A DNA stretch of 64,000 nucleotides, from positions 2,997-66,996 of the forward strand of contig JAKEEW010000721.1 of the NCBI GenBank assembly GCA_022616375.1, read 5' to 3'. This DNA is from Sporichthyaceae bacterium. Lineage in GTDB: Bacteria > Actinomycetota > Actinomycetes > JAKEEW01. Shown here piece after piece: positions 32,638-43,044 of this stretch. The notes under the pieces are model-generated. The model had not been told where the DNA came from. It did no database searches and saw only the letters and a program-made list of their open reading frames with translations. The stretch's first letter is position 1; each line of letters begins with the position of its first letter. A program made the position numbers and the translations under genes.

Positions 32638-33373
32638 ATGATGAATAACGCATCGGCGATCACGGTAACCGGCCTGCGGGTCAGGCGCGGGAGCCGGCTG
32701 GTGATCCCTGATCTGTCCTGCACCGTGCCGGCCGGCACGGTCACCGGCCTGCTGGGGCCCGAGCGGCTGCGGCAAGACCACGCTGATGCGCTCGATCGTC
32801 GGGATCCAGATCATCGAGTCCGGCACGGTCGAGGTGCTTGGCCTACCGGCGGGGGCGGCACCGCCCCGGTCGACGATCGGGTACCAACCGCAGGAACCGG
32901 CGGTCTACGGCGATCTCACGGTCCGGGAGAACCTGCGCTACTTCGCCCGGGTGCTCGGTGCCCCGGCCGGCGACGTGGACCGGGTCATCGACGCGGTCGA
33001 CCTGACCGGCCACGCCGACCAGGTCGTGCTGCGCCTGTCCGGCGGGGAGGAGGCCAGGGTCCCGCTCGCGGTCGCGCTGCTCGGCAGCCCGGAGCTGCTG
33101 GTCCTCGACGAGCCGACGGTGGGCCTCGACCCGGTACTACGGCGGGACCTGTGGCAGCTGTTTGCCCGGCTGGCCGAGTCCGGCGTGACGCTGCTGGTGT
33201 CCAGCCACGTGATGGACGAGGCGGAGCGCTGCCAGCGGTTGCTGCTCATGCGGGACGGCCGGATGCTTGCCAACGAGAGCCCCGGTGAGCTGCTCCGGCG
33301 GACCGGGACCGCCGAGGTGGAGGACGCGTTCCTGCACCTGATCGACCGGGAGAAGCAGGAGGTCAACCGATGA
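32638..33373 (+). pseudogene. ABC transporter ATP-binding protein (ABC-2/DrrA-like) with a frameshift inside Walker A
   Basis: Frame 1 reads ...TVTGLLGP, then nonsense. Frame 2 resumes from 32762 with SGCGKTTLMRSIVG...LSGGE...LLVLDEPTVGLD. One extra base in 32758-32761 (CCC run) splits GPSGCGKT. Confidence 0.8.
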
Positions 33374-34106
33374 ACGCGCAGGCCATGTTCGCGACCGCGC
33401 GGCGGGTGCTCGGCCAGCTCCGGCACGACCACCGGACCATGGCGCTCCTGCTGCTCGTGCCGTGCCTGTTGCTCGGACTGCTGCGCTGGGTGTTCGCCAA
33501 CCAGCTGCAGACGTTCAACGCGATCGGACCGCTGCTGCTCGTGCTGTTCCCGTTCATCATCATGTTCATCGTCACCTCGGTGGCCACGCTGCGAGAGCGT
33601 ACCCACGGCACCCTGGAGCGGCTGCTGCCATGCCGATCGGCAAGTTCGACTTCCTGGCCGGCTACGCGCTGGCGTTCGGGCTGGTCGCGATCGTGCAGGC
33701 CAGCCTGGCGTCCTGGGTCGCGATCGGGTTGCTCGACCTGCAGGTGCAGGGCTCGATCTGGCTGGTCGTGGTGGTCGCCGTGCTGGACGCCATCCTCGGG
33801 ATGGCGCTGGGCCTGCTGGCCAGCGCGTTCGCCCGGACCGAGTTCCAGGCGGTGCAGTTCATGCCGGCCATCGTGTTCCCGCAACTGCTGCTGTGCGGCC
33901 TGCTCATCCCACGGGAGCGGCTGGATCCGGTGCTGGAGGCCACCTCCAACGTGCTGCCGCTGTCGTACGCGGTGGACGCGATTAAGCACGTCACCCGGAA
34001 CACCGAAATCACCGGCACGCTGCTGCGGGATCTTGTCGTGGTGGCCGGGTGCATCTTGCTCGCGCTGGTCCTCGGTGCGGCGACGTTGCGCCGCCGGTCG
34101 GCATAG
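33370..34106 (+). pseudogene. ABC-2 type permease with a frameshift
   Basis: The N-terminal 86 aa (to ...TLRERTHGTLERLL) are in frame 1. The rest (MPIGKFDFLAGYALAFGL... to stop 34106) is in frame 0. One base is missing around 33625-33630. The two parts sum to ~245 aa, a normal ABC-2 permease. Confidence 0.75.
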
Positions 34107-34265
34107 CCGGCCACTGCTGACGTCTGGCGCCGCCGTTCCTGACCTGGCGGCCACGCCCGGGCGAACGGCCTAGGCGATCAGGCCCGCCCGGAGGACGCCG
34201 CCGGCTGGTGGGATTGCGTAGCCTGGACGGCGCAGGTCGATAAGGTCTGCGCCGTCGAGGAGGTT

Positions 34266-35201
34266 GTGCCCGTGCTTGGCCGTGCGTTGCTGTCCGTCTC
34301 GCGCTCGGAGCGAGTACGGCATCTGGTGGAGACCGCACCAATCTCCCGCAATGTGGTGACCCGGTTCGTGGCCGGAAACGGACCGGACGACGCGGTTCGG
34401 GCCAGCCAGGCGCTGATCCAGGACGATCTCAAGGTCACCGTCGACCATCTCGGCGAGGACACGCTCGACCGGGCGCACGCCGAGGCGGTCCGGGACGCGT
34501 ACGTCGACCTGCTGGCCAAGCTGTCCGACGCCGGACTGACCGGCGCCGCCGAGGTGTCGGTGAAACTGTCCGCAATCGGGCAGGCGCTGCCCGGCGACGG
34601 CGAGAAGATCGCGCTGGAGTTTGCTCAGGCGATCTGTACGGCGGCCACCCGAACGGGCACCACGGTCACCCTGGACATGGAAGACCACACCACCACCGAC
34701 TCGACCCTGAGCATCCTGGCCGACCTGCGCAAGGACTTCCCGAGCACCGGCGCGGTGCTGCAGTCCTACCTGTACCGGACCGAGGCCGACTGCCGGGACC
34801 TGGCGGTGGCCGGCTCCCGGGTCCGGCTGTGCAAGGGCGCGTACAACGAGCCGGAATCCGCTGCTTACCAGGACAGTGCCGCGGTCGACCGGTCCTACGT
34901 GCGGTGCCTGAAGGTGCTCATGGCCGGGCCTGGCTATCCGATGGTGGCCACCCACGACCCCCGGCTGATCGAGATCGCCGGCGTGCTGGCCGCACAGAAC
35001 CGCCGCGAGCAGGGCAGCTACGAGTACCAGATGCTCTATGGGGTCCGGCCGGACGAACAGCGCCGGTTGGCCCGGGCCGGCGAGACGGTTCGGGTATACG
35101 TGCCCTACGGCGAGCAGTGGTACGGCTATCTCATGCGCCGGCTGGCCGAGCGACCGTCCAACGTCTCGTTCTTCATTCGGGCGTTGTTGACCAAGGGATG
35201 A
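34266..35201 (+). CDS. proline dehydrogenase
   Basis: 311-aa ORF with GTG start and GAGGAGG RBS. Blocks VTVDHLGE, TLDMEDH, RLCKGAY, YQMLYGV and MRRLAERPSN are typical of monofunctional PRODH. Confidence 0.88.
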   Translation: MPVLGRALLSVSRSERVRHLVETAPISRNVVTRFVAGNGPDDAVRASQALIQDDLKVTVDHLGEDTLDRAHAEAVRDAYVDLLAKLSDAGLTGAAEVSVKLSAIGQALPGDGEKIALEFAQAICTAATRTGTTVTLDMEDHTTTDSTLSILADLRKDFPSTGAVLQSYLYRTEADCRDLAVAGSRVRLCKGAYNEPESAAYQDSAAVDRSYVRCLKVLMAGPGYPMVATHDPRLIEIAGVLAAQNRREQGSYEYQMLYGVRPDEQRRLARAGETVRVYVPYGEQWYGYLMRRLAERPSNVSFFIRALLTKG

Positions 35202-35222
35202 GCGAGGCGGCGTGGGGTCGCG

Positions 35223-35266
35223 CCTGGATCGGCGCCCACCTCCACCAAGATCTAGGAGACACGACC
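35223..35266 (+). repeat. partial (right-half) copy C of the hairpin repeat; forms the proC leader and RBS
   Basis: CCTGGATCGGCGCCCACCTCCACCAAGATCTAGGAGACACGACC aligns at ~80% identity with 36176-36218. It ends 2 nt before the proC ATG and supplies its AGGAGA. Confidence 0.45.
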
Positions 35267-35268
35267 TC

Positions 35269-36075
35269 ATGACGCAACGGGTGGCCGTGCTCGGCGCCGG
35301 CAAGATGGGCGAAGCTCTGCTCTCGGGGATGCTGCGGGCCGGGAAGCCGCCTGGTGACTTGCTGCTGACCGCACGCCGGCCGGACCGGGGGGAGCTGCTG
35401 CAGCAGCGGTACGGGGTGGAAGCGGTGTCCAACATCGACGCCGCGAAGGCCGCCGACACCCTGATCGTGACGGTCAAGCCGCAGGACATGGCCACGCTGC
35501 TGGACGAGCTCGGGCCGTGGATCCCGGGTGACCGGCTGGTCATCTCGGTGGCCGCCGGTATCCCGACCGAGTTCATCGAGCACCGGCTGGCCGACGGGGT
35601 CCCGGTAGTCCGGGTGATGTCGAACACCCCGGTGCTGGTCGACGAGGCGATGAGCGCGATCTCGGCCGGAGCGCATGCCGGCGAGGAGCACCTGCGCCGG
35701 ACCGAGGAGCTGCTCGCGCCGGTCGGCAAGGTGCTGCGGGTGCCCGAGTCGCAGCAGGACGCGGTGACCGCGCTCTCCGGTTCCGGCCCGGCGTACTTCT
35801 ACTATCTGGTCGAGGCGATGACCGATGCGGGCATCTTGCTCGGTCTGCCGCGCACGGTTGCGCACGACCTGATCGTGCAGTCCGTGATCGGCGCGGCGGT
35901 GATGCTGCGCGACTCCGGCGAGCATCCGGTCAAGCTCAGGGAGGCGGTCACCTCGCCGGGCGGCACCACGATCAACGCGATCAGGGAGCTGGAGAACCAC
36001 CGGGTCCGGGCCGCGTTCCTGGCCGCGATCGAGGCCGCCAGAGACCGGGCCCGCGAGCTAGGGCGTATCTCCTAG
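35269..36075 (+). CDS. proC: pyrroline-5-carboxylate reductase
   Basis: ATG 35269 with AGGAGA RBS. Contains VAVLGAGKMGEAL and SPGGTTI. Confidence 0.93.
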   Translation: MTQRVAVLGAGKMGEALLSGMLRAGKPPGDLLLTARRPDRGELLQQRYGVEAVSNIDAAKAADTLIVTVKPQDMATLLDELGPWIPGDRLVISVAAGIPTEFIEHRLADGVPVVRVMSNTPVLVDEAMSAISAGAHAGEEHLRRTEELLAPVGKVLRVPESQQDAVTALSGSGPAYFYYLVEAMTDAGILLGLPRTVAHDLIVQSVIGAAVMLRDSGEHPVKLREAVTSPGGTTINAIRELENHRVRAAFLAAIEAARDRARELGRIS

Positions 36076-36218
36076 GTCTTGCCGGTCCGGATCGCCGCCC
36101 AGCTGACGGCTGGCGGCGTTGTCGTCGTCGCCGATAGTGCCACTATCGGCTCCTTCTCCGCCTTGCCAGCCATCCCCTGGACGCCGCCCGCATCCGGCAA
36201 GACCTAGGAGACACGCCC
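36071..36218 (+). repeat. intercistronic hairpin repeat, copy B
   Basis: Begins on the proC TAG stop. Perfect 15-nt terminal inverted repeat CCTAGGTCTTGCCGG (36071-36085) / CCGGCAAGACCTAGG (36194-36208). Central palindrome GCCGATAGTG-C-CACTATCGGC. Colinear homology to copy A. Confidence 0.6.
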
Positions 36219-36282
36219 TGGCCTCGGGTTAATTGAAAACGCAGGTCGGGCGGCCCGGCTGACCGCGTGCCACAATCCTGGG

Positions 36283-38142
36283 GTGCGCGCGCCTCGTTTC
36301 GTGCGGCTGGCCGGCCTCGCCGGCTTAATCATTGTGGTCCCGCTCGCGCTGGCCGCCGCGGCGTCCGGTCCGGCACACGCGCAGTCCCGAGGGGAGCAGA
36401 TCCAGGACTACGCCGTGTCCATCATCATCGCTGCCGACGGTTCGCTGGAGATCACCGAGCGGATCAGCTATGACTTCAGCTTCAACCAGCGGCACGGCAT
36501 CTTCCGCGACATCCCCGAGCGTGAGCACTACGACGCCACCTACGACCGGCGGTACCCGATCACCGTGCGGGATGTTAGAGCCGACGGGCTGACGGCGCAG
36601 GTCGACATCTCGCACGAGGGGAGCTACCTGCGATTACGGATCGGCGATCCGGACCGCACGATCGATGGCCTGCACACCTATACGATCCGGTATCTGGTCG
36701 AGGGCGGGATGCGCGGGTTCCCCGAGCACGACGAGCTGAGCTGGGACGCGATCGGCCTGAACTGGGAGGTGCCGATCGAGCGCGCCTCGGTCCAGGTCTC
36801 CGCGCCGGCCGGAATCCTCTATGTGACCTGCTTTGCCGGCCCGGCCGGCAGCCGGATGCGCTGCGACGAGCACGGTATGGCCGGCGCCACGGCCCGATTC
36901 GCCCAGTCCGGTCTGGCCCCGCTGTCCGGATTGACCGTCGTGCTGGCCCTGCCGCGCGGCACGATCTCGCCGCCGCCGGTGCCGTTATTGGTCGAACGGC
37001 ACACCCTGGCTCGGGCGTTCACCGCGGATTCCACCACGATCCCGCTCGCCGCCGGCCTGACCGTGCTCGGGGTGGGCGGGGTGCTGGGGCTGGCGTGGGC
37101 CCGTGGTCGGGACCGGCAGTTCGCCGGCGGGGTGGTTGACGCCGCGTTCGGGAACGCGGACGGGGCCGAGCAGCGAGCGCCGCTTCGGCGGGACCGGGTT
37201 CCGGTCGAATACGTCCCGCCGGACGGGATCCGGCCCGGCGAGATGGGCACGCTGCTCGACGAACGGGCCGATATGGCCGACGTGACCGCTACGATCGTGG
37301 ATCTTGCGGTGCGCGGGTGGTTGGAGATCGAGGAGGTTTCGGCGGCTTCCGGGAAATGGAGACTCGGCGACTACCGGCTCATCAAGAAGAGCGAGGGGGC
37401 CGCCAAGTCCGGCGGCGTGGAGCGGTTGCAGAGCTACGAGCGCCGGCTCTACCTTGCCCTGTTCACGCGCGGCGGGGACGTGCGGCTGTCCGAGCTGAAG
37501 GGCAGCTTCGCGTCCGATCTCACGAAGGTCCAGGAGGAGCTCTACCGGTCGATGATCGCCAAGCGCTGGTATCGAGCCCGGCCGGACCGGGTCCGCCTCG
37601 GCTGGCGGATCGCGGGCGGTGTGCTGACGGTGCTTGGGCTGGTCGCGACCGGGGTGGTCGCGGCAACCACCAAGTTCGGGTTGGTGCCCATCGCGCTTGT
37701 TCTCACCGGGCTGGCACTGCTGCTGGCGGCGACGTGGATGCCGGCCCGCACCGCCCGCGGCCGGGCCATCTCCTCGCGGGTGCTCGGCTTCCGGCGGTTG
37801 TTCGACGAGGGTGCCGAAGACCTGCGCGCCCGCTTTGCCGAGCAGCAGCACATCTTCTCCGAGTACCTGCCCTACGCCATCGCGTTCGGCTGCGTGCAGA
37901 AATGGGCCCGCGTTTTCGAGGGACTCAGCGCCCGCGAGCTGGGAAGCGAGCGCTGGTACCGCGGCAGGGACACGCTCAGCGCGGGCAGCATGGCCTACGC
38001 GATGCGAGATTTCGACACCGCGGCGGGCGGCAACCTAGGCGCCGGATCGCCGATCTCCGTGTCTTCCTCCGACAGCGGGTTCTCCAGTGGTGGTGGGTTC
38101 TCCGGAGGTGGCGGCGGTGGGGGTGGCGGCGGCAGCTGGTAG
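36283..38142 (+). CDS. DUF2207 domain-containing membrane protein
   Basis: 619-aa ORF with a signal/TM N-terminus, a large extracytoplasmic domain, three TM helices and the characteristic Gly tail SSGGGFSGGGGGGGGGGSW. Family call is from memory. Confidence 0.8.
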   Translation: MRAPRFVRLAGLAGLIIVVPLALAAAASGPAHAQSRGEQIQDYAVSIIIAADGSLEITERISYDFSFNQRHGIFRDIPEREHYDATYDRRYPITVRDVRADGLTAQVDISHEGSYLRLRIGDPDRTIDGLHTYTIRYLVEGGMRGFPEHDELSWDAIGLNWEVPIERASVQVSAPAGILYVTCFAGPAGSRMRCDEHGMAGATARFAQSGLAPLSGLTVVLALPRGTISPPPVPLLVERHTLARAFTADSTTIPLAAGLTVLGVGGVLGLAWARGRDRQFAGGVVDAAFGNADGAEQRAPLRRDRVPVEYVPPDGIRPGEMGTLLDERADMADVTATIVDLAVRGWLEIEEVSAASGKWRLGDYRLIKKSEGAAKSGGVERLQSYERRLYLALFTRGGDVRLSELKGSFASDLTKVQEELYRSMIAKRWYRARPDRVRLGWRIAGGVLTVLGLVATGVVAATTKFGLVPIALVLTGLALLLAATWMPARTARGRAISSRVLGFRRLFDEGAEDLRARFAEQQHIFSEYLPYAIAFGCVQKWARVFEGLSARELGSERWYRGRDTLSAGSMAYAMRDFDTAAGGNLGAGSPISVSSSDSGFSSGGGFSGGGGGGGGGGSW

Positions 38143-38784
38143 CGGCTCCCGCTCGGGTTCGGCGGATCTGCGGTTGGCCAGCCGGCGCGCCCACCGTCGG
38201 CCGCCACTTGTGTGGATCCGGTAGATCTCCAGCCATTGCCGCACCGAGGCAAGTGCGGCGTCGGTGTCGTCGATGAACCGGCTCAGCGCGCTCTCCAGCC
38301 GCGCCACCCGCCTGATCTCCTCCGTGGTCAACGGCGCTCGCCGCTCGTACCACAGCGGTAGCACGTCCCGCTGGTGAAGGGCGACCAGCTGTTCCGAGGT
38401 CAAGGTGAGTAGTCGGCTGGCCCGCTCGACATCGGCCAGCGCCTGCGCCATTGGCTGCTCGAGCGCGGTGATCGCCTCGGTCCGCAGCACCGCGGACAGA
38501 TCGACTCCGTTGGCGTAGGGCACCTCGGACAGCCGCCGCCAGCTCGCCTCGCCGATCTGGTCGGCGCGATCCGCCCGCTGCCAGGCCTGAGTGTCCTCGA
38601 TCGTCGCGACCAGTTGGGCTCGGACCTCGACGCCCATCGCCAGCACCGGCTCCAGGTCGGCGAACAGATGTCCCAGGTATTCGTGGACCCAGCGCCTGGC
38701 CCGGCGTTGCTCGCGCAGGTTCTCCAGCCCGAACGCGAAGAACGCGCCGAGGAAAATCGTGACGAACTGGAACACGACGGTCAT
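38035..38784 (-). CDS. hypothetical membrane-anchored protein
   Basis: 249-aa ORF with an N-terminal TM helix (VVFQFVTIFLGAFFAFGL) and a helical cytoplasmic part. The last 36 codons overlap the 3' end of the convergent DUF2207 gene. No recognisable family. Confidence 0.45.
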   Translation of the reverse strand: MTVVFQFVTIFLGAFFAFGLENLREQRRARRWVHEYLGHLFADLEPVLAMGVEVRAQLVATIEDTQAWQRADRADQIGEASWRRLSEVPYANGVDLSAVLRTEAITALEQPMAQALADVERASRLLTLTSEQLVALHQRDVLPLWYERRAPLTTEEIRRVARLESALSRFIDDTDAALASVRQWLEIYRIHTSGGRRWARRLANRRSAEPEREPLPAAAATPTAATSGEPTTTGEPAVGGRHGDRRSGA

Positions 38785-38858
38785 GCGGCCGAACTGTACT
38801 CACCCCGCCATGGGCGTGGTCTGGTCAAAGCCCAGGCCAGGCCCTAGCCTCCCCGGTC

Positions 38859-40904
38859 ATGGCAGTGGCGCAGTATCCGTACGCGCTGTCCCCGTACACG
38901 CTCGGCCAGCTCAGGCTGCGTAACCGGATCGTGTCGACCGCGCACCAGACCACCCTCGTTCATGATCACTTGCCCACGGATGACCTCGTGGCCTACCACT
39001 CGGCTCGGGCGGCCGGCGGGATCGGGGCGATCTTCCTCGAGGCGACCGCGGTGCACGAGAGCGGATTGCTCACCCCGCATACCCTGTGCGGCTACCTGCC
39101 GGCGATCGTGGACGGCTACCGCCAGCTCGCCGACGTCATTCACGGCCACGGTGCATGTGTGTTCGTTCAGTTGTTCCACGGTGGCCGTGAGCAGATCGCG
39201 ACCGCGCCGCGACCGCCGGCGCTCGCGCCGAGCGCGGTGCCGACGCAGCGGTTTCACGTGGAACCGCGAGCGATCACCGCTCGGGAGATCAAGGAGATCC
39301 TGGCCGGTTTCGAACGCTCGGCAAAGCTGGCCAGAGATGGCGGCCTGGACGGGATCGAGATCTCGGCCGCGCACGGCTACCTGGCTGCGCAGTTCTTCAC
39401 CCCGCGCACCAACCTGCGCACCGACGCCTACTCCGCCAGCGCGGAGGGACGGCTGCGGTTCCTGACCGAGGCGCTGCTCGCGGTGCGCCGCGGCGCCGGC
39501 TCGGAGCTGGCGGTCGGGGTACGGCTGTCTGCCGACGAGATCGCGTTCGACCATTCCGGCGCGCAGGAATGCGCCGAGGTCGCCGCGGCCATCGCGGACA
39601 CCGGGCTGGTTCAGTTCGTGAGCGCGGCACTGGGCTATTCGTCCACGTATCTCGGCTCCACCTACATCGTGCCGCCCCCGCCCGCGAAGGCCGCCGCGGT
39701 CGCCGGCGCCGCCGCTGTGATGCGCGAGGCGCTACCGCCCACTGTCACGCTGATCGCTACCACTCGGGTTACCGAGCTGAGCCAAGCCGAGGCGCTGGTC
39801 GCGGACGGCGTCTGCGATCTGGTCGGGATGACCAGGGCGCACATCGCCGATCCCGAGCTGGTCTCCAAGGCGGCCGCCGGGCGAACCGTCATTCCGTGCA
39901 TCGGCTGCAACCAGGCCTGCATCGGGCACTACCACGCCGGGATGCCGATCGGCTGCACGGTCAACGTCCGGACCGGTCGGGAGCGGACCATCCCGCGCCG
40001 AGCCGAGCGGACCGAACCGACCGAGCCAGCCGGGACAGTCGCGACAGCCGAACGGACCACGCCAGCCGAGGTGGCCGAGGTGGCTGAGGCGCCGGTCGCC
40101 GCGACCGGCCCGATGACCGTCGTGATCGGCGGCGGTCCGGCCGGCATCGCGGCGGCCCTGGAAGCGGCGGAGAACGGCGACCAGGTCCGGCTGTTCGAGG
40201 CCGCACCCGAGCTCGGCGGGCAGCTCCGGATCGCCGGGAAGGCGCCGGCGCACCGCGAGTTGTGGGCCAAGTACTCCGCCTGGATCGCGGCCGAGCTGGA
40301 ACGGCTCGGGGTCGAGGTCCGGCTCGGCAGCCCGGCCACGGCCGAGGATTGCGACGACGCCGATCGGGTCATCCTGGCCACCGGCGCGCTGCCGTACCGA
40401 CCCGATCCGATGAACACGGATCTGACCCTGATCAGCGCCTGGGACGCGATCGAGGCACCCGAGCTGGTCAGTGGACCGGTCCTGGTTGCCGACTGGGGCG
40501 GTGGCTGGGACGGCCTGGACGCGGCCGAGGTGCTGGCCACGCACGGCCGGCAGGTCGTGCTCGCGGTGGCCGCCACCCATCCGGGCGAGACCATCCACCA
40601 GTATCAGCGCAACCTGTACCTCGGCCGAATCGACCGGCTTGGCGTTTCGCTGCTCGCCCACACCGAGCTGGTGGTGTCGGACGGCCGCGCAGTGCTGCGC
40701 AACATCTTCTCCGGCCGGATCACCGACCTTCCGCAGGCGCGCACGCTGGTGCTCGCCGCCGGTCGGGTGCCCAATGACGGGCTCTGGCCGGAGCTGGAGA
40801 ACCGCCAGGGCGCGGTACGGGTCGGCGATGTCCTGGCGCCGCGCAGCATGGAGGAAGCGATCCTGGAGGGCACCGCCGCTGCCCGCCGCGCGCCCGTGAG
40901 TTAG
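38859..40904 (+). CDS. NADH:flavin oxidoreductase / 2,4-dienoyl-CoA reductase-like enzyme
   Basis: 681-aa ORF with an OYE-like FMN barrel at the N-terminus, the Fe-S motif CIGCNQACIGH and a C-terminal FAD/NAD fold VIGGGPAGIAAALEAA. Confidence 0.85.
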   Translation: MAVAQYPYALSPYTLGQLRLRNRIVSTAHQTTLVHDHLPTDDLVAYHSARAAGGIGAIFLEATAVHESGLLTPHTLCGYLPAIVDGYRQLADVIHGHGACVFVQLFHGGREQIATAPRPPALAPSAVPTQRFHVEPRAITAREIKEILAGFERSAKLARDGGLDGIEISAAHGYLAAQFFTPRTNLRTDAYSASAEGRLRFLTEALLAVRRGAGSELAVGVRLSADEIAFDHSGAQECAEVAAAIADTGLVQFVSAALGYSSTYLGSTYIVPPPPAKAAAVAGAAAVMREALPPTVTLIATTRVTELSQAEALVADGVCDLVGMTRAHIADPELVSKAAAGRTVIPCIGCNQACIGHYHAGMPIGCTVNVRTGRERTIPRRAERTEPTEPAGTVATAERTTPAEVAEVAEAPVAATGPMTVVIGGGPAGIAAALEAAENGDQVRLFEAAPELGGQLRIAGKAPAHRELWAKYSAWIAAELERLGVEVRLGSPATAEDCDDADRVILATGALPYRPDPMNTDLTLISAWDAIEAPELVSGPVLVADWGGGWDGLDAAEVLATHGRQVVLAVAATHPGETIHQYQRNLYLGRIDRLGVSLLAHTELVVSDGRAVLRNIFSGRITDLPQARTLVLAAGRVPNDGLWPELENRQGAVRVGDVLAPRSMEEAILEGTAAARRAPVS

Positions 40905-40927
40905 CCGCTCGCCCAGCTGTCCCTACC

Positions 40928-42297
40928 ATGTGGCGAATGAGCTACCGGTCGGTACGACCCGCGGTGTCCTTACTGCTCTTAGCGCTGGTCGCCACCGGCT
41001 GCACCGGTGACGACGATGCGGACATCACGGTCGGTACGGTTACCAAGGCCACGGTCGTCGAGGTGGTCGAGGCCCCGGCCACCGTGGTCGCGCGGGCCGC
41101 CGCGACGGTGACCGCGCCGGCGCCCGGGTCGGTCGGTGAGCTGCGGGTCCACGACGGTGACCGGGTCAGGAAGGGCCAGATCCTGCTGGTCGTCGACTCG
41201 CCACAGACCGAAGACCAGCTCGACCTGGCCCGGGACGCCTACCGGGAGGCCCAGCGCAGCGGCGTCGGCGGCATCCCGCCGGCGGACTTCTCGCGCACCC
41301 AGGCCGCCACCGACCGGGCCGCACGCAAGGCGTTCGACCAGGCCAGGGACGCGGCCAAGAAGATCCCCGATCCGGCGCTCAGGGACGCGTTCCTGGCCCA
41401 GATCGAGCAGTCCGAGCAGGCGTACGCCGCCGTGACCGCCGACGCCCGGCAGGCGGTCAGCCAGTTCAACGCCGGGCTGGCCAGCGTGTCCCAAGCACTC
41501 GGATCGCTGTCCGCGGCCCAGCGCGCCCAGGCCAAGGCGGCGCTCGACCTGGCCCGGCGGCAGGTCGCCGCCCTGACCGTGCGGGCGCCGATCTCCGGCA
41601 CCGTCAGCCTGGCCCCGACCGGTGCCGGGCAGCCAGCCGGCGACCTGTCCGCCCTGTTCGGGCAGCTGCCACCCGAAGCTGCCGGCCTGGTCGGCTCCGG
41701 CGCGGCGACCGGTGCCGGCGGCACGACCGGTTCGTCCGGTGCCGGGGTGGACACCACGACCTACCAAGGCATGCCGGTGGGGACCGGTAGCCCGCTCGTG
41801 TCGATCATCGACGTGTCCGAGCTGTCGCTGGCCGCCGAGGTCGACGAGACCGACGTGCTGCTGGTCGAGCCTGGAGTGCAGGCCGACGTCGAGCTCGATG
41901 CCGTGCCCGGTGGGGTGTACCCAGCCGTGGTGGACAGCGTCTCGCTCGCTCCGACCACGTCGACCCGGGGCGGCGTGTCCTACGTGGTCCGGCTGTCCCT
42001 GGACCCCGGCCGGATGGCCGACGACAGCGCCGCGCCGGCACCCCGCCCAGGCATGAGCGCGGTGGCCGACCTGCGGGTCAGGACCGCGGTCGATGCGATC
42101 GCGGTGCCGGCCGCGGCGATCGTTAGGGACGGGCTGCGCGACACGGTCTGGGTGGTGGACAACGGCCGGGCCAGGCGCCGGACGGTGACCCTGGGCGCCC
42201 AAGGTGAGGCATCGGTGCAGGTGTTGAACGGGCTGGCCCTCGGAGATCAGATCGTGGTCTCCGGTGCCGACCAGGTGACCGAGGGCAAGCGGTTGCC

Positions 42298-42301
<4 letters not shown>
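40928..42301 (+). CDS. efflux transporter periplasmic adaptor (HlyD/MacA family) lipoprotein
   Basis: Lipobox LVATGC, a coiled-coil middle and barrel-sandwich/beta-barrel C-terminal blocks (RRTVTLG...VQVLNGL..GDQIVVSG). Confidence 0.8.

Positions 42302-43040
<739 letters not shown>

Positions 43041-43044
<4 letters not shown>

Noticed and set aside
36072-36173. 33-aa minus-strand ORF (MAGKAEKEPIVALSATTTTPPAVSWAAIRTGKT) inside repeat copy B, with a similar peptide readable in copy A
   Set aside because: Copy A has no start codon in the matching frame. Both strands stay open simply because of GC richness, and the peptide similarity just mirrors the nucleotide similarity. I treat the element as non-coding.
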